The position numbers and the translations under genes are program-made. From contig CAXNIJ010000004.1 in the NCBI GenBank assembly GCA_964202455.1, positions 36,483 to 100,482 on the forward strand: 64,000 bases of DNA, in the 5' to 3' direction. The notes below the pieces were generated by a model. It had not been told where the DNA came from and did no database searches. It saw nothing but the letters and a program-made list of their open reading frames with translations. The DNA is from Candidatus Pacearchaeota archaeon. GTDB lineage: Archaea; Nanobdellota; Nanobdellia; Pacearchaeales; GW2011-AR1. Positions 45,677 to 55,065 of this stretch are shown piece by piece. Position 1 is the first letter of the stretch. The number at the start of each line of letters is the position of its first letter.

Positions 45677-45993
45677 GACTTAAGCACCTCTCGACATTTT
45701 TTATTTAGACATCCGCAACTTCCTTGTCCACAATCTAGGCTGCCAGGGGAGCAGACCTGTGTACAACGTATTCCTGTACAAATTGGTGCTTTATTTTTTG
45801 TAACACAACTTGTCGGATGACAACATGAAGAAGGAACGCATTCTGCATCTGAAGAACAAACATCTTCCTGTGAAATTTTAGACGGTACATTGCTCGAAGA
45901 TTTCTGAAATAAAAATAGAATGATAATTACTAAAACAATAAAAGAGATTATTGCTATTTTTATCTGACTAGTGCTCTTTTTTGTTTTTCCCAT
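45673..45993 (-). CDS. small secreted cysteine-rich protein
   Basis: 106 aa with a signal anchor followed by about 16 Cys. Overlaps the protease start by 4 nt. Confidence 0.55.
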   Translation of the reverse strand: MGKTKKSTSQIKIAIISFIVLVIIILFLFQKSSSNVPSKISQEDVCSSDAECVPSSCCHPTSCVTKNKAPICTGIRCTQVCSPGSLDCGQGSCGCLNKKCREVLKS

Positions 45994-46024
45994 ATTGCTT
46001 ATTAATATTGCGACTATTTAAGGT

Positions 46025-46777
46025 TTAGCCGAAGAGTCTATTAAAGTTTTCAGATATTTGTTTTTTTACAATTTCTAGAGAAATATTCTTCAATTCGGCT
46101 ATCTTCTTATAACTCTGGATCACCAGAGCAGGCTCATTAGGCCATTTCTTTTCTGGGTGTAAGTATGGAGAATCCGTTTCGCAAAATAACTGTTCTAAAG
46201 GTATTTCCTTAGCAATTGACTGAAATTGTTGACTTGACGCGACTGAAGTTGGGACTGTAATAAACCAACCGTTTTTTTGAATTCTTTCCACAAGTTTCCA
46301 TTTCCCACAAAAACAATGCATAATTACTTTCCTAGCATTTAGTGACTCGAGCAACTCTATGCACTCTACCTCCGCTTTACGCGAATGAACAATAATGGGT
46401 AAATCTAACTCTTGTGAAAGAAGAATGAATTTCTTGAAAATTTCTTTCTGACGTTCATGTTCTTTATCGTCTTCCTTGAAGTCTATACCTACCTCGCCTA
46501 TTGCTGTAACTTGCTTTCTATTTTTGCGAATGAATGCAATTTCAGTATCAATTTCGGCATCTGAGAGTTTAAGAGCATCAATTGGGTAAATACCTAAAGC
46601 AGATTTAACTTGGGGGTATTTAGAATCCAGTTCTAGGACTTTGCGATTGCTTTCTGGATTTACTCCTTGAGTGAGAATTATATTTACTCCTTCTTTTTCT
46701 GCATTCTTAATAGCTCCTGCAACATCTGGAATTAAATCTAGATGGCAATGAATGTCTATGAAACCTATTTTGTCCAT
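46025..46777 (-). CDS. tatD: TatD-family metal-dependent hydrolase/DNase
   Basis: IDIHCHLD, GEVGIDF, IVHSR, HCF, ETDSPYL. Confidence 0.9.
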   Translation of the reverse strand: MDKIGFIDIHCHLDLIPDVAGAIKNAEKEGVNIILTQGVNPESNRKVLELDSKYPQVKSALGIYPIDALKLSDAEIDTEIAFIRKNRKQVTAIGEVGIDFKEDDKEHERQKEIFKKFILLSQELDLPIIVHSRKAEVECIELLESLNARKVIMHCFCGKWKLVERIQKNGWFITVPTSVASSQQFQSIAKEIPLEQLFCETDSPYLHPEKKWPNEPALVIQSYKKIAELKNISLEIVKKQISENFNRLFG

Positions 46778-46797
46778 AACTCTGTATCGAAATAAAG

Positions 46798-46807
46798 TTT
46801 ATAAATA
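46798..46807 (+). promoter_or_regulatory. TATA-box-like element
   Basis: TTTATAAATA is centred about 25 nt upstream of the GTG start at 46827. Confidence 0.35.
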
Positions 46808-46826
46808 GTAGTTTGAATGAATAGAA

Positions 46827-47267
46827 GTGTCTAAATTGATTATCTTTGACTGGATTGGTACGCTCTATGAAAAAAATAGAGGCGTGTTTCCAGAATCTCA
46901 AAGAGTTCTAGAAGAGCTTGAAAAACGAGGATATCACATGGGTCTTATTTCCCTAGGAAAAGATATTTCTTCAAGAACTAATGAAATTTTTAGTTCTGGG
47001 CTTGATCAATATCTTAATCCAATTATTGTTCAGAAAGAAAAAACACCAATAATGTATCAAGAATGTATGCAAAAAATGCGAGCATTACCTTCCACTACGA
47101 CCATTATTGATGATAGAACTCTTAGAGGTATTAAGATAGGAAACTCATTGGGCTATAATACTATTTGGATTCAGAAAGGAGAATTTGCCCATGAAGTTCC
47201 TAATGAAGAGAGTGGAGAACCAACGCACATAGTGAATAATTTAAGCGATGTGCTAAATTATCTCTAA
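46827..47267 (+). CDS. HAD-superfamily-like small hydrolase (degenerate motif I)
   Basis: IIFDWIGTL (D-x-x-GTL, second Asp replaced), and TIIDDRTLRGI as a motif IV candidate. Confidence 0.4.
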   Translation: MSKLIIFDWIGTLYEKNRGVFPESQRVLEELEKRGYHMGLISLGKDISSRTNEIFSSGLDQYLNPIIVQKEKTPIMYQECMQKMRALPSTTTIIDDRTLRGIKIGNSLGYNTIWIQKGEFAHEVPNEESGEPTHIVNNLSDVLNYL

Positions 47268-47270
47268 AGA

Positions 47271-47663
47271 TTATTCTGTGGCTCGCCCAAATAACATCTT
47301 CCCGAATCTTCTCTTTTTTATTTTCGGCAAAGAATCTTTTTTTTCAAATTCTCGGAACATTTCTAAAGTCTTATATTTTGAGTCTAGTTCTTGAGAACAA
47401 GAGACAATCTCAATTCTAGGTTTATCTGGTTTTTCAATATTAAGAACATAACGAAAACCTCTTTTTACAGGCATATCTTGAACATTTAAGAGCATTAAAT
47501 GATAAGTTTTATCTAATCTTAAATTTCCCTCACGATCTAATACTCTTAGTGATTGAGTATCTGCCATTCTTTCAGGAAGATAGTTTATCTCATCTTGAAA
47601 ACGTCTTTCTAGATAAGTCTCCTCTGGAGTTGGCCCATGATATTTATAAAAATCAGTATCCAT
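47271..47663 (-). CDS. hypothetical protein
   Basis: 130-aa ORF, no family recognised. Confidence 0.5.
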   Translation of the reverse strand: MDTDFYKYHGPTPEETYLERRFQDEINYLPERMADTQSLRVLDREGNLRLDKTYHLMLLNVQDMPVKRGFRYVLNIEKPDKPRIEIVSCSQELDSKYKTLEMFREFEKKDSLPKIKKRRFGKMLFGRATE

Positions 47664-47696
47664 AATAAATTAACATAATTGTCATTTAATAAATAA

Positions 47697-48530
47697 TTAT
47701 TTAACTTTACCTAGAGCTTTCCCTAATTGGGGGAATTGATCCCATGCGGTGTCAAACATCTGTTCTAGTGCTTTTGCGAAAAAATTGGAAGAAAGCCAGA
47801 CAGCTACATCGTAATTAGGATGAACTGTCTTATCGTCTAAGAGCATGAACATTAGTTGATCACCATCAACAATTGCAAAACGTGCATTGAGATTATGATT
47901 AGATACGTCTCTAACTTCTGCGATTTTAGATAAATCCTTAGCTACTTTCATATTATCTTGATTTATGGGTGCTGCAATACGGATAGATACTCCGCGTTTT
48001 TTTGCTTTTTCAAGTGCAGGCATAAGTGCCTCTAATTTTCTATTAACTCCTTCTGCAGTAGTTACTATGGTTACATTTTTCTCAGCTCCACGAATCATCA
48101 TATCTAAATGATTATACATATTCTGTCGTCCTCTAAGACTTCCAGAAAGATCTGATGGTTCAATAAATTTGATACCGTTTGTGAAAAGAGAATTTAATTC
48201 GTCAAGAACTTCATCGCCTCTGAGTTTTTCCAATCTTTTACTTTTTTCTTGAGCATTAACGATTAAATTTTTCTTTACTCTTTCTACAACTTCTTCAGGC
48301 TTTAGTGCAACAAATTTTATTGGCTTGCCTATTTTCATAACTATAAATCCTTTTTTTTCAAGAGATTCCAAAATATCGTATGTTCTACTTCTTGGAACAT
48401 CTGAGATATTGCTTAGTTCTCCAGCTGTAGAAACACCACGAGAAAGAAGTGCAGTCCAAACTTTTGCCTCATAAAGATTTAAATCAAATATTTTTCTTAA
48501 TCTACTTAAAAATTCGTCCTTAATTATCAT
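47697..48530 (-). CDS. TrmB-family transcriptional regulator
   Basis: LYEAKVWTALLSRGVSTAGELSNISDVPRSRTYDILESLEKKGFI is the TrmB wHTH, followed by a C-terminal effector-like domain. Confidence 0.85.
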   Translation of the reverse strand: MIIKDEFLSRLRKIFDLNLYEAKVWTALLSRGVSTAGELSNISDVPRSRTYDILESLEKKGFIVMKIGKPIKFVALKPEEVVERVKKNLIVNAQEKSKRLEKLRGDEVLDELNSLFTNGIKFIEPSDLSGSLRGRQNMYNHLDMMIRGAEKNVTIVTTAEGVNRKLEALMPALEKAKKRGVSIRIAAPINQDNMKVAKDLSKIAEVRDVSNHNLNARFAIVDGDQLMFMLLDDKTVHPNYDVAVWLSSNFFAKALEQMFDTAWDQFPQLGKALGKVK

Positions 48531-48604
48531 GATATGATTTTATCGCCTCTGATTTAACTGAAAGTCTTTTGGTATTTAAACCTTTCTGGAGTATTCCTAT
48601 ATAA

Positions 48605-51600
48605 TTACGAAAATGAGAAAAGCACTTTCTTTCCTTTTACTTCAAATGCAATTGGAACTTTATGACTTTTATCGTCTATAAAATTGACTTCTTTTGCATT
48701 TGTTCTCTCTGATACGAAGTGAATATTTTGCTTAAGCATTCCCATCATTTCTGTATCGCATGAAATAAATAAAGTAATAATTTGTGTTTTGACAAGTTCT
48801 GCTTTTTTTCTTTCAGATTGAACTTTTCTTGCAAGCTCTCTAGCGAATCCTTCTGCCTCAAGTTCTGGCGTTAATGTTGTATCTAGTTCGACTTTTAGTT
48901 CTTTTCCGTCTACAATTTTAAGAGACTTTACATTTAATTGTCTTTGAACAATTGATTGTAACTCCTTACCTATAGATATTTTTGAAGTGATTGTTGCTTT
49001 TGCAAGTGGCCAACGAAGGCCTATTTTTGCCTTATCTCTTTCAGCCATTCCAATTTCAATGACTTTTGTCAATTCGGCAAATGAAGTTTCTAATTTCTCA
49101 TCAATTTTCTTAGTGTCTGCTTTCGGCCAAGATGATAAATGAACTGATTCTTCTCTTTGATTAAACTCTTGATAAATCTTTTCTGTAATAAATGGGCAGA
49201 CCGTGCTAAATATTTTAAGAATTCCCAAATAAATCTCTCTGACTGTGTTAAGAACAGAATCATTTTCATTTGCTTTGTCCCTAACTAACTGAATATATCC
49301 TCTAGAAAGAATTAAGTAAAGTGATTCTATTTCTCCTATGACTTCATCGATTTTAAATTCTTCAAATAACTGGGTAACTCGCTTTAGAGTAGAATTATAT
49401 CTAGAAATAATCCATTTTTCTTCTGCTCCCTGCGTTCCTTTCTCTAATTTCAATGATTCTAAATCATGAATATAATTAGAGAGGTTTGTCAGAATAGTCA
49501 GATTTCTTTGCTTTGTCTTTATATCTTCCCAATTGAAAGTGATATGCTCTCCCGCGGTAGTCTGACACATATAATATCTTAAAACGTCTGCTGAATATTT
49601 TGTTAAGACTTCTTCTGGAGAGATGACATTACCTAGAGATTTTGACATTTTTTGACCTTGATAGTCTGAAATCATTCCATGGACAAATACATTTTTATAT
49701 GCACTTTTTCCAAGATAAATTGCTGAACAAATTTGGAGCATGTTGAACCAGAGTTTTGTTTGCTCTGTCGCCTCTAGAACAAGGTCTGCTGGGAAATATT
49801 CTTTTATAAGCTTTGGATCGTTGTAAAGACAGTTCCAACCAGCCGTCCCAGAATCGATCCATACGTCTATAACGTCTGGAATGCGAGACATTTTATTTTT
49901 ACATTTTGGACAATTCAGTTTTACTTCGTCAATCCAAGGTTTATGAAGGTCTATTTTAGATAAGTCTTTTCCAGCTTTTTTGCTTAACTCTTTTTCATTT
50001 TCTATGACCTCAACGTGATTACATTCGCAAGTCCAAATTGGAGCAGGGCATCCCCAAAATCTCTGTCTTGTAATTCCGTTGTCTCTTAAATTCTCAGTCC
50101 ATCTTCGGTAACTTTCGCCTGCTTTTTGAGGTTCCCAATGTACTTTTTTATTAAACTCGAGTAATTTTGGAATAAGGTCTTCAATTTTAAGGAACCATTG
50201 TTCGGTTGGACGGAAAACCACCGGTTTATGACTTCTCCATGAATGAGGATATTCATGTTCAACTTCTGTTTTAGCTAATACTGCTCCTTTTTTTTCTAAG
50301 AATTCGATGAACCTTTTGTCGTGCTCTTTTGCGCCCCATCCGGAGAACACTCCTGTATCAACGAATCTCCCTTGCTCGTTTAATGTATTGAATGCTGGAA
50401 GACCGTACTTCTTTCCAACTTCAAAATCTTCTGGACCGCAACCTGGAGCGCAATGCACTAAACCGGATCCTGAAGAAGTATCCACATATTCCGAACTAAG
50501 GATTATTGTATGCGTATTTGGAGAGTCTTTCTTAATTGAATCGTAGATTGCTTTAAGTTCTTCGTATAAAGGATTTTCATATTCTTGACCCTCTAATTTC
50601 TTTCCCTTACATTCTTCAACTATTTCAAATTTTTTTCCAAGTAAACTGGATATAAATGCTCCTGAAAGAACTTTAGCAACCCACCAGAATTCATTTTCTA
50701 CTTTCACTTTTATATAATCTACTTCTGGATTTACCATAATAGCCAGATTGAATGGAATTGTCCAAGGAGTAGTTGTCCAGATAATAAAATATTCGTTCTT
50801 TGAGTTTTTCTTTTTGAATTTAAGGAAAATTGAAGTGTCTTTTATCATCTTATATTCTAGTTCGTGCTTAGCAAGAGAAGTTTCTGACTGCGCATCCCAG
50901 TGCATTGCTTTTTTTCCCTTGTAGAGTCTTCCCTGTTCCCAAGCTTTTTTGAATAGTCCCCACTCTCCCTCCATATATTCTTTTGAAATTGGATGATATG
51001 CATTTTTGTAATCCATCCAGACACCGATATTCCATAAGTCTTTATTCATATATTCTGCATGAGTGGTTGAAAACTCGATGCACTCTTTAACGAATTTGTC
51101 CACGCCAAATTTTTCAATATCTTCTTTATGCTTGAATCCTAGCTTTTGCTGAACTTTGTTTTCTGTAGGCAAGCCATGCATGTCATAACCTGCTCTGTCC
51201 CAGACATTAAAACCCTGCATTCTTTTATATCTGAGAATTATGTCTTTTAACGCATTGTTCCATGCATGACCAATGTGAATTTTTCCTGAAGTGTATGGTG
51301 GACCTTGCAAAAAATAAAACTTTTTGCCCTTAGCGTTTTTCTTTTTGACCTTCTCATATATTTTATTCTCTTCCCAGAATTTTAATACGTCTTTTTCAGT
51401 GCTTTGCGTATTTAACACAGGCACTTTGGCCAGATTATCTGCTTTATTTGACTTCATCCCTTCTATATCCTCCTGCAAACTTATAAAACTATCTTCTGTG
51501 AGTTTTATATCTTTATCCTTCGCAAGTTCTATTGATTTATCATTTCTGTCTCCAACTTCTAATTCAACTACATTTTCATATTCATTGTGATTGTTTTTTG

Positions 51601-51622
51601 ATGATTTATAATTATTTGTCAT
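48605..51622 (-). CDS. ileS: isoleucine--tRNA ligase
   Basis: HIGH motif PYTSGKIHIGHAWN, KMSKS, an editing-domain-sized insert and a Zn-type CxxC...CPKC. The first ~55 codons are a low-complexity extension, so an alternative start at the Met at 51457 is possible. Confidence 0.9.
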   Translation of the reverse strand: MTNNYKSSKNNHNEYENVVELEVGDRNDKSIELAKDKDIKLTEDSFISLQEDIEGMKSNKADNLAKVPVLNTQSTEKDVLKFWEENKIYEKVKKKNAKGKKFYFLQGPPYTSGKIHIGHAWNNALKDIILRYKRMQGFNVWDRAGYDMHGLPTENKVQQKLGFKHKEDIEKFGVDKFVKECIEFSTTHAEYMNKDLWNIGVWMDYKNAYHPISKEYMEGEWGLFKKAWEQGRLYKGKKAMHWDAQSETSLAKHELEYKMIKDTSIFLKFKKKNSKNEYFIIWTTTPWTIPFNLAIMVNPEVDYIKVKVENEFWWVAKVLSGAFISSLLGKKFEIVEECKGKKLEGQEYENPLYEELKAIYDSIKKDSPNTHTIILSSEYVDTSSGSGLVHCAPGCGPEDFEVGKKYGLPAFNTLNEQGRFVDTGVFSGWGAKEHDKRFIEFLEKKGAVLAKTEVEHEYPHSWRSHKPVVFRPTEQWFLKIEDLIPKLLEFNKKVHWEPQKAGESYRRWTENLRDNGITRQRFWGCPAPIWTCECNHVEVIENEKELSKKAGKDLSKIDLHKPWIDEVKLNCPKCKNKMSRIPDVIDVWIDSGTAGWNCLYNDPKLIKEYFPADLVLEATEQTKLWFNMLQICSAIYLGKSAYKNVFVHGMISDYQGQKMSKSLGNVISPEEVLTKYSADVLRYYMCQTTAGEHITFNWEDIKTKQRNLTILTNLSNYIHDLESLKLEKGTQGAEEKWIISRYNSTLKRVTQLFEEFKIDEVIGEIESLYLILSRGYIQLVRDKANENDSVLNTVREIYLGILKIFSTVCPFITEKIYQEFNQREESVHLSSWPKADTKKIDEKLETSFAELTKVIEIGMAERDKAKIGLRWPLAKATITSKISIGKELQSIVQRQLNVKSLKIVDGKELKVELDTTLTPELEAEGFARELARKVQSERKKAELVKTQIITLFISCDTEMMGMLKQNIHFVSERTNAKEVNFIDDKSHKVPIAFEVKGKKVLFSFS

Positions 51623-51636
51623 GTTAAGAATGTGAT

Positions 51637-51661
51637 GCGTCTAACTTAAGACGCGTCTTAA
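51637..51661. promoter_or_regulatory. overlapping palindromes upstream of ileS (GCGTCT-aactta-AGACGC, and a perfect 16-mer TTAAGACGCGTCTTAA at 51646-51661)
   Basis: Read directly, 15-40 nt upstream of the annotated ileS start. Confidence 0.35.
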
Positions 51662-51775
51662 ATAATAATAGCAATGCTAGAGATAACAGAAAATATACTT
51701 TGCGAGTAAGCTTGCATTGCCATATTATAGGCAATGAAATTGATTATTTAAACTTTTCTTAGCATTTGGTAAAAA

Positions 51776-52138
51776 TCAAGATAGAAATCCCTCGTACTCT
51801 TTCGTGAGATTATAGGTTAGTGTTGAAGGAATGCCTGCCCTTTTAGCCGCATCTATAACCTTATCACTGTTAGAAATACCTATAAATTTAACTTTTTTTC
51901 CATCTACTCTCCCTCTAACAATTTCCCATAGAGTTTGACCAGAAGTTATATCTTTTGAACCGGGATTACCTAAATTTAGATCAATAATATATCGGTCATA
52001 CTCCCTTTCTTTAACCATTCTAGACATTTCATCTATAGAACGAACACTGGTTGCGTTGTACCCTAAGTATTTTGATGTTTCCTTGTAAATCAGTTCGGTA
52101 TCTGAGTTATGTACTCCGAGGATCATATTTTTATTCAT
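51776..52138 (-). CDS. CheY-like receiver-fold protein (tentative)
   Basis: 120 aa with alternating beta/alpha hydrophobic periodicity. YIIDLNLG is the candidate phospho-acceptor strand. No partner kinase is present in the window. Confidence 0.3.
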   Translation of the reverse strand: MNKNMILGVHNSDTELIYKETSKYLGYNATSVRSIDEMSRMVKEREYDRYIIDLNLGNPGSKDITSGQTLWEIVRGRVDGKKVKFIGISNSDKVIDAAKRAGIPSTLTYNLTKEYEGFLS

Positions 52139-52305
52139 ATATTTTCTATTTTCTGAGGGTTTTTATATATTTCTATCTTCAAATTGTAAACTTATTTCTT
52201 ATTTTAATAACTAGGTTATATCCTCCTACATTTTTCCCGTCGATAGGTTTAAATAGATAATGTGATTATATATTATGCGGTGTGATTTCACATTAAAAAG
52301 ATACT

Positions 52306-52554
52306 ATGGTGGCTAAGCAAGTGACTTTTACTTTTGAACCTATGTTTTATCGGAGACTTTTGTCTAAGTCTAAAAAAGCTGGATACAAAAATGTCCAGCA
52401 ATATGGATATGATTTATTACACCATGCAGTTTATGGAAAGAAAAATTCTGGAGGCAGACCTAAGAGGAAAAACCCTGAAAGAGAATATCTTGATAAGTTT
52501 TCAACGCCTACAAAAGAAACTTATAAAATAGAAAGGAGCGCCGGACTAAGATGA
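52306..52554 (+). CDS. small basic hypothetical protein
   Basis: 82-aa ORF whose stop overlaps the next gene's start by 4 nt. Confidence 0.4.
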   Translation: MVAKQVTFTFEPMFYRRLLSKSKKAGYKNVQQYGYDLLHHAVYGKKNSGGRPKRKNPEREYLDKFSTPTKETYKIERSAGLR

Positions 52555-52832
52555 CTTTGGATGTTGCAGTCGCATCTGGATTACTTGGACTTTTAGGAGG
52601 AATTATTCGCGGAGGAATTGGTCTATTCAAGGCACTATCAGTTAAGAGAAAAATCTACTGGAGTTATTGGGCATCAACTTCCGTTATTTCTGGCCTCATA
52701 GGAATAATGACTGGAATAGTTTTTAGTTTTGACTATCGTCTTTCAATCCTTGCCGGATACGCCGGCACAGATATCCTAGAAGGCATCTACAAGTCCTTTA
52801 AGGTAGAAAAGGTCTACGTCAAGAATAAATAA
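52551..52832 (+). CDS. small membrane protein (3 TM)
   Basis: 93 aa with Gly-rich hydrophobic helices. Confidence 0.45.
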   Translation: MTLDVAVASGLLGLLGGIIRGGIGLFKALSVKRKIYWSYWASTSVISGLIGIMTGIVFSFDYRLSILAGYAGTDILEGIYKSFKVEKVYVKNK

Positions 52833-52833
52833 A

Positions 52834-53073
52834 ATGAAAAAAATAAAAGAACCCTCTTTGCCCATGAGCATTTACAAATCATTGTCAGTATTAGGCATAG
52901 TAATTTTTAGCTGGTTTCCAGGATTTCTTGTAGGCTTTGCAGCAGCATACATTCTCTATTCTGCCCATTATCCAACAATGTTTGAAAGAATTTCATATCT
53001 CATTCTTTTCGCCATTGTATTATATGGATATATCTGGATACGTGTGAGATATCCTAACGATAAACCTATTTAG
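52834..53073 (+). CDS. small membrane protein (2 TM)
   Basis: 79 aa. Starts 2 nt after the previous gene. Confidence 0.45.
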   Translation: MKKIKEPSLPMSIYKSLSVLGIVIFSWFPGFLVGFAAAYILYSAHYPTMFERISYLILFAIVLYGYIWIRVRYPNDKPI

Positions 53074-53124
53074 AAAGAACAGGCGGACCAACCTCTTGAG
53101 GGCGTTGGAGTAGAAAATAATATC

Positions 53125-53901
53125 CTATTTTTTCACTTCAGCCATAATTAGTGCTGTCCCATGCGGAATTTCCATCGACCAAGCATATTCATTTAGAAGC
53201 GCATCAACCTTATTCATTACATCTTTCCGGGTACTTTCATCTAATTTTATTATCCAAGATAATGATGTAATATAGTTTCGATAGTCATCTTTTGTATAGT
53301 TTATTAAATATTTATGTTTCCAAGATATGATATCTGTAAAAAATCCAGACTCTGTTATTTCTTTAACATAATCTTTGGTATAATCATCTTGATGCAAACC
53401 TTCAGGGTAATATTTACAATTATTAACAAAAATGTCCTTCAGTTTGTTAAGAAAATCAGATTTTTTGTAATCATTAAATTTACCAAATATTGCTATATGG
53501 CCTTCTTTTTTTAGAGCCTTAGCACATTTCTCATATGCAGTATTTTCATCTAACCAGTGAAATGCTTGCCCTGAAATTATCAAATCGAATTGATTATCGT
53601 TAAAGTAATGTTTCTCAAACGAGTCTAAGATATATGTAGGGTTCCCTTCTATTGTCTCTTTCCTAGCAATTTCAATAAGTCTTTCACTAGTATCTATGCC
53701 TGTAATTGAGTATCCAAGTTTAGCAATCGGTAGTGTAGACAATCCACTTCCACACCCAATATCTAGTATTTTAGATTGATTATTTATTTTGGAGATCTTA
53801 ATTATTTTCGTATAAACTTTACTTGAGTAACCCTTTCTTGAAGAATGATACTCAACTGAAGATTTCTTAAAAGAATCGCCTAATTTCCTATCAAATACCA
53901 T
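53125..53901 (-). CDS. class I SAM-dependent methyltransferase
   Basis: Motif I ILDIGCGSGLST, and a post-I acidic residue in GIDTSE. Confidence 0.8.
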   Translation of the reverse strand: MVFDRKLGDSFKKSSVEYHSSRKGYSSKVYTKIIKISKINNQSKILDIGCGSGLSTLPIAKLGYSITGIDTSERLIEIARKETIEGNPTYILDSFEKHYFNDNQFDLIISGQAFHWLDENTAYEKCAKALKKEGHIAIFGKFNDYKKSDFLNKLKDIFVNNCKYYPEGLHQDDYTKDYVKEITESGFFTDIISWKHKYLINYTKDDYRNYITSLSWIIKLDESTRKDVMNKVDALLNEYAWSMEIPHGTALIMAEVKK

Positions 53902-54111
53902 TAGTTAATTATGTTCGCTTGATTTAAAAATTTATTTACGCCGCGCGCCGTCGCTCCCCTCTCGTGTTTGGCGAATGGCGAAAAGAACATGAAGGCGTTA
54001 GAAGTCCAATGCCGGTCAGCGCACGGACCGACGCACAAATAAGTATAAGAATAATACTTTTCTTACACGATAATATGGCTAAAAAAGGATTTTCTATAAA
54101 ATCCTTATTAA

Positions 54112-54282
54112 TTATTTCAGCAATCCCGCTTCCTTCAAAATTCTAATCTTTTCCGCCTCTTCCTCTGGACTAACTTCCTTTTTCTCTTTCTCCTGTCTCT
54201 TTTTAAGTTCATCTCTTCTTGCCCTTTCCCTGTTATCAATTTCTATCTTTCCCGCTCGATGTCTTGATGATGGAACTGTCAT
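54112..54282 (-). CDS. possible 56-aa Lys/Glu/Arg-rich protein (below the ORF-track cut-off)
   Basis: An ATG at 54282 through a TAA at 54112 gives MTVPSSRHRAGKIEIDNRERARRDELKKRQEKEKKEVSPEEEAEKIRILKEAGLLK. Confidence 0.3.
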   Translation of the reverse strand: MTVPSSRHRAGKIEIDNRERARRDELKKRQEKEKKEVSPEEEAEKIRILKEAGLLK

Positions 54283-54450
54283 ACTCAAATTAAATAAAAT
54301 CAGTTTAAAAACTTTGAGCTCTTTTTGTTTGAAGGGTTCAGAAGGTTATCTATAAAACAACTTCACTATCTCTTCAAGCCTTTTTTAACTCTCTTCTCCC
54401 AGCCGTCCGCCCCAGTGCACAGCCACAGAAATACGAAATCCTCTTAAAGA

Positions 54451-54699
54451 TTAATCATAAACATTTTTTCTATGTCCAATTCTAACTACAATTACCTTAT
54501 TCATTGAAACAATGACATCTACTATCGCTCGATAATCTGATATTCGAAGTCTCCAGAGCTTCTCTCCCTGAAGTCTTTTTAAAAATCTAAATGGATTCTC
54601 GCGAATAGAGTATAGTTTATTTAATATTAATTCTGCATCTTTTTTTTCTATGTTCTTTAGAAATTTTTCAGCATTCTCCTCTATATGAATTGAATACAT
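54451..54699 (-). CDS. RelE/ParE-family toxin
   Basis: ...NPFRFLKRLQGEKLWRLRISDYRAIVDVIVSMNKVIVVRIGHRKNVY. Confidence 0.8.
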   Translation of the reverse strand: MYSIHIEENAEKFLKNIEKKDAELILNKLYSIRENPFRFLKRLQGEKLWRLRISDYRAIVDVIVSMNKVIVVRIGHRKNVYD

Positions 54700-54700
54700 T

Positions 54701-54937
54701 TTATTTGAGAGTTATTCCCAACTCTTTAGCGACCATCTCTATAGTCTTTACTTTTCCTTTTCTTACGTTTTCAAGTCCTATTTTTATTTCTTCAATTTCT
54801 TTTTCGCTCAATACTTCTTCTTCCTGATTATCAATAAGATTGTTAAGAAGATCATTATAAGTCTGCATTTCTACGCTTTTTAGAGCTTTTAGTCTATCTA
54901 ATGTACTCTGATCGATTTGAATCGTTGTCTTCTCCAT
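54701..54937 (-). CDS. antitoxin (RHH-like) of the adjacent RelE-type toxin
   Basis: 78-aa acidic protein whose stop lies 1 nt before the toxin start. N-terminal TTIQIDQSTLDRLKALK is RHH strand-helix-like. Confidence 0.65.
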   Translation of the reverse strand: MEKTTIQIDQSTLDRLKALKSVEMQTYNDLLNNLIDNQEEEVLSEKEIEEIKIGLENVRKGKVKTIEMVAKELGITLK

Positions 54938-55065
54938 ATTATATAATTACTATAGCCACTATATAAATCTTCCCACGTGTCGTTCGTCTTCCCTTCGCGC
55001 ACTGTACAGCCACCGTCACAAAAATACTAAACTCTCACGAAAACAAAAACTCTAATCAAAAATCT

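Noticed and set aside
53941-54046. GC-rich island as 5S rRNA, SRP RNA or a tRNA fragment
   Set aside because: I could not align it by eye to the conserved cores of these RNAs, and no cloverleaf arms are present. It is left as an unexplained island in the findings.
53964-54146. 60-aa plus-strand ORF in the GC-rich island
   Set aside because: It has no start context, its composition changes abruptly halfway, and it overlaps the better minus-strand 56-aa ORF. The GC island is more likely non-coding.
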